From contig JBAYLE010000002.1 of assembly GCA_041664225.1 (NCBI GenBank), positions 3,541 to 67,540 of the forward strand: a stretch of 64,000 bases of DNA, written 5' to 3'. Position 1 is the stretch's first letter, and each line of letters opens with the position of its first letter. The notes under the pieces are model-generated. The model had not been told where the DNA came from, made no database searches, and worked only from the letters and a program-made list of their open reading frames with translations. Source of the DNA: Parcubacteria group bacterium. Its GTDB lineage: Bacteria > Patescibacteriota > Minisyncoccia > Moranbacterales > UBA2206. Of the stretch, positions 49,740 to 57,692 are shown piece after piece. The translations under genes and the position numbers were made by a program.

Positions 49740-50435
49740 ATGCAAAATAAAAAAACCGTTATCATCTCCCTCGGGGGATCACTCATCGTACCGGACGAAA
49801 TCGATTGGAAGTTCGTCAAGGATTTCAAAAAGCTGATCGAAAAATACATCAAGAAAAAATGTAAATTTATTATCATTACCGGCGGAGGCAAGATCTGCCG
49901 AAAATACCAGGACGCCGCCTCAAAGATAACCCAGCTTACCGATGACGACCGCGACTGGTTGGGAATTCATACCACTCGACTGAACGCCCATTTCATCAGA
50001 ACGGTTTTTCGAAAATACGCCCATCCCCGCATAAACAAAAATCCGAACGACCTAGAAGACTTTTATAATTTCAAAGAATCTATCCTGGTTGCCGCCGGTT
50101 GGAAGCCCGGCTTTTCAACCGATTATGACGCAATACTTTTAGCCAAATATTTAGGCTTTACGACTGTCGTGAATTTTTCCAACATCGATTATGTTTATGA
50201 TAAAGATCCAAATAAATTTAAAAATGTTAAAAAAATAGAAAATATTTCCTGGAAAGACTACCGCAAGATGGTGGGGGATAAATGGGATCCGGGCATGAAC
50301 GCGCCCTTCGATCCAATCGCGTCCAAACTAGCGCAAGAAGAAAATATTGAAGTCGCCATTATGAACGGGATAAATTTGGAGAATCTGGAAAATTATCTGG
50401 AAGGCAGAAAATTCAAAGGCACGATTATCAAATAA
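49740..50435 (+). CDS. pyrH: UMP kinase, archaeal type
   Basis: ISLGGS, TGGGK, GWKPGFSTDYDA, YDKDP, PFDPIA. Confidence 0.9.
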   Translation: MQNKKTVIISLGGSLIVPDEIDWKFVKDFKKLIEKYIKKKCKFIIITGGGKICRKYQDAASKITQLTDDDRDWLGIHTTRLNAHFIRTVFRKYAHPRINKNPNDLEDFYNFKESILVAAGWKPGFSTDYDAILLAKYLGFTTVVNFSNIDYVYDKDPNKFKNVKKIENISWKDYRKMVGDKWDPGMNAPFDPIASKLAQEENIEVAIMNGINLENLENYLEGRKFKGTIIK

Positions 50436-50466
50436 CTTCTCTCGCGAATAATAAAAAGGCTCGGTT

Positions 50467-51528
50467 TTATTCCGAGCCTTGTGCCATTAGCGGTATTTTG
50501 ATGACAAACTGGGAGTGTCCATCCCATGTATATTCGTGCCAAACGTCTCCTCCGAGATTTTGGATCAGTTTTCTTATAAGGAAAAGACCCATGCCGCTTC
50601 CTTTCCCCGAGGTATAGCCTTGTTCAAATATCCTTTTTACAGTTTCTTCGGGAACAGGTGTCCCGCTGGTGTAAAAAATAATACGTACGTCGTTTTCATG
50701 TTTTTCTCGTCCAACTGCTATCGTGAAATTTTCCCCGCCATATCGCAAGCTATTTTCTGTAAAGTTACTTATAGCTGAAGAAATGACTGAAATTAAAACA
50801 TCGCTTGCCTCAATCTCAATTTCATCTTGAGGTATGCCACCTTGATCATTGTCTATACTGATGTTTTTTTCGATTAAATCATCGATGGATTCATCAAGAA
50901 CCGACTCAACCAAGTCAGCTAAATCAACAGTGATTGTTTTACTTGGCTTATCCCCAACTAAAACGCATCTCTTGACGATCTTTTCTACGCCCAAGATTTT
51001 CTTTTTGAGTTTTTGGAAGGCCAGTTCTGGGTTGGTATATCCCTTACCTTTTTTTGATGACAAGAGCCTGACAGTTAAACTCATGGCCATCGTTTTGTTT
51101 ATGAGGTCATGTTTTAACATTTTTGTAACTGCTATGTTGTGATTTTCAGCAATCTTTTGCGCGGTGACATCTCTTGAAACTCCGAAGATACCAATAACTT
51201 TCCCATTTTCATCTTGAATCAAATTTCTTGTGACAGATTTCCAATGCCTATTGCCATCAGCACGAGTTAACTCTTCAACTTCATCCTGAATAGGTACTCC
51301 AGTTTCAACGAGAACACTTTCGGATTCCCAAATCCGCTGGGCTTCATCATGGGGTAAAAAATCGAAATCAGTCTTCCCGACCATAGCTTCCGTGGTTGTG
51401 TTTGAGTTTTTGGCCTTTGCTTCGTTGACCCATAAAAAACGGCCAAATAAATCTTTGAGATACGCCGAATCAGGCAGGTATCTCATTGCAACAAAAAGCC
51501 ACGAATTAAGCTCTTTCTGCGTGATCAT
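50467..51528 (-). CDS. Cytoplasmic PAS-domain sensor histidine kinase (orphan)
   Basis: KD..GRF.WVN..VGKTDFDF (PAS), GVSRDVT (PAC), KHDL H-box, NFTENSLRYG N-box, IFEQGYT, GSGMGL; SD AAAGGAGG. Confidence 0.85.
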   Translation of the reverse strand: MITQKELNSWLFVAMRYLPDSAYLKDLFGRFLWVNEAKAKNSNTTTEAMVGKTDFDFLPHDEAQRIWESESVLVETGVPIQDEVEELTRADGNRHWKSVTRNLIQDENGKVIGIFGVSRDVTAQKIAENHNIAVTKMLKHDLINKTMAMSLTVRLLSSKKGKGYTNPELAFQKLKKKILGVEKIVKRCVLVGDKPSKTITVDLADLVESVLDESIDDLIEKNISIDNDQGGIPQDEIEIEASDVLISVISSAISNFTENSLRYGGENFTIAVGREKHENDVRIIFYTSGTPVPEETVKRIFEQGYTSGKGSGMGLFLIRKLIQNLGGDVWHEYTWDGHSQFVIKIPLMAQGSE

Positions 51529-51638
51529 GATACCTCCTTTGATTCGGATTTTTTCAGTTTCGTTGTTTGTAAATGAGCTGCATTTATCTCTCAATCATAA
51601 CTGACCATAAACTATACCAGTATTTTTTATTTTTGTAA

Positions 51639-51738
51639 ACCCCCACACCGAAAAGCAACGTGAAAGCACTCTCTAGCCACTAAATTAATTTCAGAAGCCC
51701 AGGACTACTTTTGTACATAGGATATTTGGTGTGGGGGT
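51639..51738. repeat. MITE-like inverted-repeat element (100 bp)
   Basis: ACCCCCACACCGAA ... TTTGGTGTGGGGGT (13/14 complementary). Confidence 0.65.
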
Positions 51739-51798
51739 AAAGGGGTCCGCTAATACTACAAGCAGAGTATCAAAAAAAAGCCCCTTGAGGCTTGTTTC

Positions 51799-52257
51799 TT
51801 ATTTTTTTCCGGAAAACTCAATTTTGTGATGCGTGAGCAAATATAACAATAAGATATAAGTTCCGGCGGCGATTGTACCCGCCACAATTATAAATCCAAC
51901 AACCAGCGGCAAGGCTACATCCAACAAAATAGCTTTGCTCAAAAAAAATTTAAATCCTAAATGATAAGTACGATCAAAGTCAGCAATTAAAGTATTTCCG
52001 TTGGTGCCGAATATAAAACCGCCAACCGCCGCAGAAAATGGCAACAGAGCAAGAGTGGCCCACATATTTGCAGCTAAAACTCCGGCTGTAGCAGCTAATC
52101 TATTCAAGCAGAACAAGGAAGCCAGCACCAGCGTTGTCAGTAAGCCTTCTCCAGGCACGATACCCAAAAAAACACCTAGTGCCGCCCCTCCGGCAATTTT
52201 GTGCGGAGTATCGTTCATCAGGAAAAACTGGCGAAAGAAAATTTTGATCTTTTCCAT
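51799..52257 (-). CDS. DUF2062-like membrane protein
   Basis: DTPHKIAGGAALGVFLGIVP..LNR pattern. Confidence 0.75.
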   Translation of the reverse strand: MEKIKIFFRQFFLMNDTPHKIAGGAALGVFLGIVPGEGLLTTLVLASLFCLNRLAATAGVLAANMWATLALLPFSAAVGGFIFGTNGNTLIADFDRTYHLGFKFFLSKAILLDVALPLVVGFIIVAGTIAAGTYILLLYLLTHHKIEFSGKK

Positions 52258-53381
52258 TATTTTTTCTTGACTATAAGACTTTTGGTTTCTTTGTCGACTA
52301 CTTTGGCCTTTTCGGCATCTTTCCGTGCTTGAAGTGGCAAGACACCCAAAATATTTCTGAGAGCGATGCCATCAACTTTTAAAACATCCTCCCATTTGTC
52401 CAACGGCTCTAGGATCGAACGTAGTTTTTCTTCGTCGTATTTATATGTCTTGCGTAACGACCTTGCAATCACGCCTTGTTCACCGAAAACCCGTTCCACG
52501 CCCTCCTGATCCATATATTGCAAGATTGATTCCTGCAGTTTCGCCAATCGATCCTTGGTGATTGACACGGCTGATTTCAGTTCGATATATTCCATGATTG
52601 CTTGATTGACTTCTTCCGTATCAATTTTCCGCAAATCCTTAAATTTATGTTTCCACATCGGGCACAAATTCTGATAGCCGCACCAATCGCAAAGAGGCGA
52701 CATGGCCGGTTCAAATTTTCCCGACTCAATCAGTTTGATCGTATCCAAAAACAGTTGCTCGCTTTTTTGCAGCTGCTCCAAAGTTCTGGTCGAAGACAGT
52801 TTCACTCCATGCTTGAGATAATACAAACTAACTTTTATCTTATCCAGATTCTCAATTTCTTTCGGATAACGGGAAAGAAAGGCTTTAAGATAAACCGAAA
52901 GCTGAAGATCGTTGTCCACTTTTTCCTGAGTCGGCATCTTTTTCGTCGTCTTGTAATCGATAATTTCATAGCCATCTTCCGTTTTATCAATGCGATCAAT
53001 GATGCCAGAAACAATATGTTTCTCCTCTGTGCCACCAATTTCAATCTGAAAGCGGGACTCCAAATCGATGATATTGAAATCTTGCGGACGATTTTTTTGG
53101 TAATAATTCTGGATAATCCTGATGCCTTGCGAAAAAGCGGCCCGTTCTTCATCCGGTCCGTCAAAGACGGCCGGATTCCAGGAATTTCCAAAATGCTCCA
53201 TTGCCTGATCCAAGGTGGGGGAGAGAATGCCTGGCGTGTGGATAAATTTCATGGTTTCGTGGATCGTCGAACCAAAAACCGCCTCCTTGGATTTGGGAGT
53301 CTTGATTCTGTCGATTTCCTGGAATTTATATTTCAACGGACAGCTTTGGTAGGTGTCCATCGAAGAATATGAGATACGCAT
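52257..53381 (-). CDS. PD-(D/E)XK nuclease, RecB/AddB/Cas4-like, with probable 4Fe-4S cysteines
   Basis: SYSSMDTYQSCPLKY, FGSTIH, GIIDRID, IIDYKT, QL.VY, CDWCGYQNLC. Confidence 0.88.
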   Translation of the reverse strand: MRISYSSMDTYQSCPLKYKFQEIDRIKTPKSKEAVFGSTIHETMKFIHTPGILSPTLDQAMEHFGNSWNPAVFDGPDEERAAFSQGIRIIQNYYQKNRPQDFNIIDLESRFQIEIGGTEEKHIVSGIIDRIDKTEDGYEIIDYKTTKKMPTQEKVDNDLQLSVYLKAFLSRYPKEIENLDKIKVSLYYLKHGVKLSSTRTLEQLQKSEQLFLDTIKLIESGKFEPAMSPLCDWCGYQNLCPMWKHKFKDLRKIDTEEVNQAIMEYIELKSAVSITKDRLAKLQESILQYMDQEGVERVFGEQGVIARSLRKTYKYDEEKLRSILEPLDKWEDVLKVDGIALRNILGVLPLQARKDAEKAKVVDKETKSLIVKKK

Positions 53382-53400
53382 ACAGTTATTATACAGCAAT

Positions 53401-53452
53401 TTGACAGGATATAAAAACTTGCTATAATCGCATTACATACTAATTTGGTAGG
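53401..53452 (+). promoter_or_regulatory. Promoter and putative Rrf2 operator
   Basis: TTGACA-16-TATAAT (53401-53428); imperfect palindrome CATACTAATTTGGTAGG (53436-53452). Confidence 0.55.
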
Positions 53453-53464
53453 CTTTAATTATTT

Positions 53465-53851
53465 ATGAAGTTTTCTACTAAAGCTGAATACGGGTTGAAG
53501 GCTATAGTCAACTTGGCTGGCGTTTTTCCTATGCAAAAAAATTTGAAATCCATCGCCAAAGAAGAAGGGATTTCATTAAAATACCTGGAACAAATGATCG
53601 CTAATTTGAGAAGACATGGTCTAGTCACAAGCTCAAAAGGAAAAAGCGGGGGATATACGCTATCGAAAAATCCAAAAAATATACGCGTAAGTGAAATAAT
53701 CGAAGTTTTGGAGGGCTCCATCGCGCCCATGAAGTGTTTCGACAAAATATGCGCGCTCAAAAAAAAGTGCCCATCAAGTATTGTTTGGGATAAGGTTGGT
53801 ATACAAATAAAAAAAACATTGTATGATATAAAATTAAGCGAATTAATTTAA
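53465..53851 (+). CDS. Rrf2-family regulator (IscR/CymR-like, 3 Cys)
   Basis: STKAEYGL, IS.KYLEQ, GLVTSSKGKSGGY.L, C..C..C. Confidence 0.9.
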   Translation: MKFSTKAEYGLKAIVNLAGVFPMQKNLKSIAKEEGISLKYLEQMIANLRRHGLVTSSKGKSGGYTLSKNPKNIRVSEIIEVLEGSIAPMKCFDKICALKKKCPSSIVWDKVGIQIKKTLYDIKLSELI

Positions 53852-53857
53852 AAAGTC

Positions 53858-55132
53858 ATGGCAAAAAATAAAAAAATATATTTGGATCATGCCGCGACCA
53901 CTCCGGTTGACCAGGCAGTTTTGAAAGAAATGCTCCCATATTTTTCCGAAAAATATGGCAATGCGATGTCTGTGCATTCTTTCGGCCAAGAAGCACTAAA
54001 AGCGGTAGACACAGCTCGAACTCAAGTCGCTCAATTTTTTGGCGCAAAGCCAAGTGAAATAATTTTTACCAGCGGAGCCACTGAATCAAACAATTTATCC
54101 ATTAATGGTGTTTTAAAATCATATTATTCAAAATTTCACCCTGTTAAATCCGCTAAGGACGGTGTGAAGCAATTTAATGGGGTAAAAATAAAACCACATA
54201 TTATCACTACCGCGTTTGAACATCATTGTGTTTTGGACGCGTGTAGGGCTTCAGAAAGAGATGGCTTGGCCGAAGTTACTTTTTTAAAACCAGACAGGGA
54301 CGGTTTGATAAGCGTGAAAGAAGTTGAAAAATCAATTAAATCAAATACGATCTTGATTTCCATCATGTACGTGAACAATGAAATTGGAACCATACAACCC
54401 ATTGAAAAGATAGGCAAGATGATCAAAAAGAAAAATGCTGAGCGCAATGATTTTTCTTCTTTCCCTATCATATTTCACACTGATGCGACACAGGCTATTA
54501 ATTATTTCGATTGCAATATTGGCAAATTAAATGTCGACCTGTTATCGATGTCAGCGCATAAGATATATGGACCCAAAGGAATCGGCGTCCTTTTCATAAA
54601 AAATGGCACACCGATAAAAAAAATCCAGGACGGGGGAGATCAGGAATATAAAATGAGAGCCGGTACACATAACGTCCCCGGCATCGTCGGATTGGGTAAA
54701 GCAATAGAGGAAGTCAAAAGTCAAAAGTCAAAAGTCGAAAACATTGTCTCGCTTCGCGACTATTTAATTAAAAGAGTTTTAAAAGAAATTCCCAAAACTA
54801 TTCTAAACGGATCAAAACACAAACGTTCTCCGAATAACGCTAACTTTAGTTTCGCGGACGTGGAGGGGGAGGGCTTGCTGCTTTCTCTGGATATGGAAGG
54901 AATAGCCTGTTCAACCGGATCAGCTTGCTCTTCGGGCGCCCTTTCACCGTCGCACGTTTTGCTCGCAATCGGCCTAAAACCTGAACAGGCGCATGGATCG
55001 CTCCGAATCACCCTCGGTAAGCATACGACCAAACAAGAGATTGACGTGGCTATAAGCAAGATAAAATCAGTGGTTGAAAGACTCCGAAAAATTTCTGGTA
55101 ATGTCCTCAAAGATTTTTATACTAAAAAATAA
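53858..55132 (+). CDS. iscS: Cysteine desulfurase (IscS/NifS)
   Basis: YLDHAATTP, FTSGATESNN, NNEIG, SAHKIYGPKG, GSACSSG..SHVL. Confidence 0.93.
   Translation: MAKNKKIYLDHAATTPVDQAVLKEMLPYFSEKYGNAMSVHSFGQEALKAVDTARTQVAQFFGAKPSEIIFTSGATESNNLSINGVLKSYYSKFHPVKSAKDGVKQFNGVKIKPHIITTAFEHHCVLDACRASERDGLAEVTFLKPDRDGLISVKEVEKSIKSNTILISIMYVNNEIGTIQPIEKIGKMIKKKNAERNDFSSFPIIFHTDATQAINYFDCNIGKLNVDLLSMSAHKIYGPKGIGVLFIKNGTPIKKIQDGGDQEYKMRAGTHNVPGIVGLGKAIEEVKSQKSKVENIVSLRDYLIKRVLKEIPKTILNGSKHKRSPNNANFSFADVEGEGLLLSLDMEGIACSTGSACSSGALSPSHVLLAIGLKPEQAHGSLRITLGKHTTKQEIDVAISKIKSVVERLRKISGNVLKDFYTKK
54134..54186. repeat. In-frame palindromic element inside iscS, same family as 9736-9867
   Basis: TTTCACCCTGTTAAAT..ATTTAATGGGGTAAA; first 16 nt identical to 9732-9747. 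Confidence 0.75.
54710..54737 (+). repeat. Heptamer tandem repeat (AAAGTCA-type, 4 units) inside iscS
   Basis: GAAGTCA AAAGTCA AAAGTCA AAAGTCG; encodes EVKSQKSKVE. Confidence 0.85.
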
Positions 55133-55144
55133 GCTCAAACTATT

Positions 55145-55537
55145 ATGCAATACTCAAAAAAAGTAATTGAACATTTCACGCGCCCGCATAATCAAGGCGT
55201 CATAAAAAATCCTTCCGGTACCGGAATAGTTGGCAATCCGGTCTGTGGTGATCTGATGAAAATATACATCAAAGTGAATAAAAATAAACAGGGGGAAGAG
55301 TTTATCAAGGATATAAAATTTGAAACATTGGGATGCGCCTCCGCAATTGCCACTTCTTCCATGATCACCGAGCTGGCTAAAGGTAATAGCCTGAAGGAAG
55401 CGATGAAAATTACCCGCAATGATGTGGCTGATGCGCTAGAAGGATTGCCGGCAATCAAGATACATTGTTCGAATTTGGCGGATGACGGATTGCACGAAGC
55501 AATCAAGGATTATTTCAATAAGCAGAAGAAAAAATAA
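55145..55537 (+). CDS. iscU: Fe-S cluster scaffold (IscU/NifU N-terminal type)
   Basis: YS.KV.EHF..PHN.G, GNPVCGD, GCASAIA.SS, LP..KIHCS. Confidence 0.92.
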   Translation: MQYSKKVIEHFTRPHNQGVIKNPSGTGIVGNPVCGDLMKIYIKVNKNKQGEEFIKDIKFETLGCASAIATSSMITELAKGNSLKEAMKITRNDVADALEGLPAIKIHCSNLADDGLHEAIKDYFNKQKKK

Positions 55538-55541
55538 TTTC

Positions 55542-56102
55542 ATGGCATATAGAAATACACCTATTTTGAATTTTCCAATTGGAAATTTTAAAAAAATTTC
55601 TCTAGATTTCAGGCGGCCCAGCGTGTATGACGAAAAATTTTGGGGCACACATTTGGGCGTGGATATAGATATCCCAGCAGATACGAAAGTTTTTTCTATC
55701 GGCCGAGGAGTGGTTGTTTATTCCAAGCTTCACGCCGGTGAATTTTCCCCCAACGGTAAAATCAACCAAAGAAATTGGGGCGGTATAATAGTCATCGCGC
55801 ATAAAAATCCAAACACTAAAAAAGTTTTTTATTCCCTGTATGGCCACCTGGGCAAACGCTATCTCAAAAAAGGGGATATGGTTGAAATGGGCGACCTGAT
55901 CGGATCTGTCGGCAGGGCGATGAGCGAGTCAAATGGAATCTGGGAAAATGAACATTTACATTTTGCAATTTATTTGGGAATATTCAAGGGACAGGTGCTG
56001 CCAGGCTATTACCGAGAAGATGAGCAACGAACCCGACTGGAGGATTGGGAAGAACCAATAACTTTTATAAATAACTATTCGATTAAGAAAGCGATCACTT
56101 AA
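55542..56102 (+). CDS. M23-family metallopeptidase
   Basis: HLGVD, YGHL, HLHF. Confidence 0.85.
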   Translation: MAYRNTPILNFPIGNFKKISLDFRRPSVYDEKFWGTHLGVDIDIPADTKVFSIGRGVVVYSKLHAGEFSPNGKINQRNWGGIIVIAHKNPNTKKVFYSLYGHLGKRYLKKGDMVEMGDLIGSVGRAMSESNGIWENEHLHFAIYLGIFKGQVLPGYYREDEQRTRLEDWEEPITFINNYSIKKAIT

Positions 56103-56126
56103 AAACCGCTAGGGAATAGCGGTTTT
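56102..56126. terminator. Intrinsic terminator
   Basis: AAAACCGCTA-GGGAA-TAGCGGTTTT. Confidence 0.7.
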
Positions 56127-56139
56127 AAAGATATTGAGA

Positions 56140-56167
56140 GTGTCGCACAATGTATCTTATGCGACAC
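56140..56167. other. dif-like Xer recombination site (symmetric arms)
   Basis: GTGTCGCACAA-TGTATC-TTATGCGACAC has the 11-6-11 layout; compare E. coli dif GGTGCGCATAA-TGTATA-TTATGTTAAAT. Confidence 0.7.
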
Positions 56168-56315
56168 TGTATGTTATTATAACTTGCGAACTTGGCTTCC
56201 TTACGGGATACATGCATGTGTGTCCAACCCTATCCGATATTGCTAAAGATATAGGTATACAACAAGCCCAAAGCAAATTTATGTTCAGTTTTATTTTTTA
56301 TAACAAACTGTTTTT

Positions 56316-57632
56316 TTATTTGTAAATAATCATCTGATCAATCTTGGTTCCACTATCCGCGCCGAGTTTTCCAACCAGAGACCGCGAAGTACCTAGATAA
56401 AGATTTGACCCAAAATATGGATCATGGACTATATAGTCCTTCTTGTCCTTATTGTGAATGACCACATAGTGCCCTCCCCTACCGTTGGTTTTTTTGATAT
56501 ACACAATCACCAGGTGATCCTTAGAAATTTCTGAATCTATGGTTTTCCAATTAATGTTTCCGTGATTGATCGAGGAAATCAACTCAATATCTGGAGGTGA
56601 CCAATCATTGGGCCATTTTATAAGATCATAGTAATATATTTTTTGTTTCGCCATTTTTCCGGGATCGATACTGGCGCCATAATATTTAAAGGTCATCGAG
56701 ACAGATGTCAGCGCGCATCCATAATCTTCGATCGTAGAACTGGAATTTCCGATTCTTTTGCTGCCCCATCGCGGATCCTTTTGCGAAAAATACCAACTCG
56801 TGGAAGCCAGATGGTCCGTCGGTTTTGGATAACTGCTGACGCTCGCATCGACATCCGCCAAATTTCCCGCGGAACTAAAATTAAAAAGCTCTGTTTTCTG
56901 CTGTTCAACCCTAGCCAGAAGTTGCTGATATTTTTGTTCTTCACCCTGAGTTTGAGAAAGCAGGGTTTGTTTTTGTATCTCAGTGGCTTGCAAGCTGTAG
57001 CTTTTGCTTTGCAGGTCTTTTTTTAATTGTTCACTCGCTTGTTTTTTCTTCTGAATATCATCGTATTCGTTTTGCAAGTCAATCTTGGCCTGTCTGATCG
57101 TATTTAAAACTTCACTTACACGGCTGCTTGACTGCTCTATATAGTCTGCTTTATTGAAGATTTCGGAAAAATCTTTATTGATCAAAACGATATTCAACAC
57201 TCCTGCTTGGTAATCTTCGTAGTATGACTGAAGAAGGCCAGTTAAGATCAACTGCTGATATTTTACCAGATCTTCTTTGTAATTTATTTCTTGTTGCAGA
57301 TCCTCTATTTGCTGGTTTAGCTGATCAGCCTGAGATTGAGTCTGTTGTAATTGTGTTTTGTTACGCGTTTGTTCCGCGTCAATAAGCGCCATCTGATCTT
57401 TTAGCGTGTGCTGTTGCTTGTTTTTTATATCAATCAAGTCCTGGTATGCCTTGGCCTTTTTTTCCAAAATTTCACATTTGTCCTTGTCATCTCCCGTCAA
57501 TTGGTCACAATCATCACTATCCGCCCTGCTTCTGGTAAAATTAAAAAGCAGCAAACAAAAAATCGCCGCCGCTAAAAAAAGAAACTTAAAACGACCTAAA
57601 TTTGCTTTGGTTTTTATTTCAAATCTATTCAC
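56316..57632 (-). CDS. Secreted coiled-coil (PcsB/CwlO-like) protein with C-terminal C39-like papain-fold peptidase
   Basis: Signal/TM, Gln/Lys-rich coiled coil, FSQKDPRW..GCALTS..GHYVVI..HDP; GTG start inferred from -10 spacing. Confidence 0.8.
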   Translation of the reverse strand: MNRFEIKTKANLGRFKFLFLAAAIFCLLLFNFTRSRADSDDCDQLTGDDKDKCEILEKKAKAYQDLIDIKNKQQHTLKDQMALIDAEQTRNKTQLQQTQSQADQLNQQIEDLQQEINYKEDLVKYQQLILTGLLQSYYEDYQAGVLNIVLINKDFSEIFNKADYIEQSSSRVSEVLNTIRQAKIDLQNEYDDIQKKKQASEQLKKDLQSKSYSLQATEIQKQTLLSQTQGEEQKYQQLLARVEQQKTELFNFSSAGNLADVDASVSSYPKPTDHLASTSWYFSQKDPRWGSKRIGNSSSTIEDYGCALTSVSMTFKYYGASIDPGKMAKQKIYYYDLIKWPNDWSPPDIELISSINHGNINWKTIDSEISKDHLVIVYIKKTNGRGGHYVVIHNKDKKDYIVHDPYFGSNLYLGTSRSLVGKLGADSGTKIDQMIIYK

Positions 57633-57692
57633 AGCTATATTATAGCACAAAAAACACCGCATTAAAACCGGCCTCGAGATCTAAAAAAGAAT

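Noticed and set aside
52602-53372. 256-aa plus-strand ORF
   Set aside because: Antisense shadow of the nuclease gene; no recognisable motifs
52257-53381. Cas4-like nuclease as a sign of CRISPR-Cas
   Set aside because: No repeat-spacer array or other cas genes in the window; stand-alone PD-(D/E)XK nucleases are common
56134-56325. 63-aa ORF over the dif-like site
   Set aside because: TTG start, no RBS or promoter, begins right after a terminator; likely spurious
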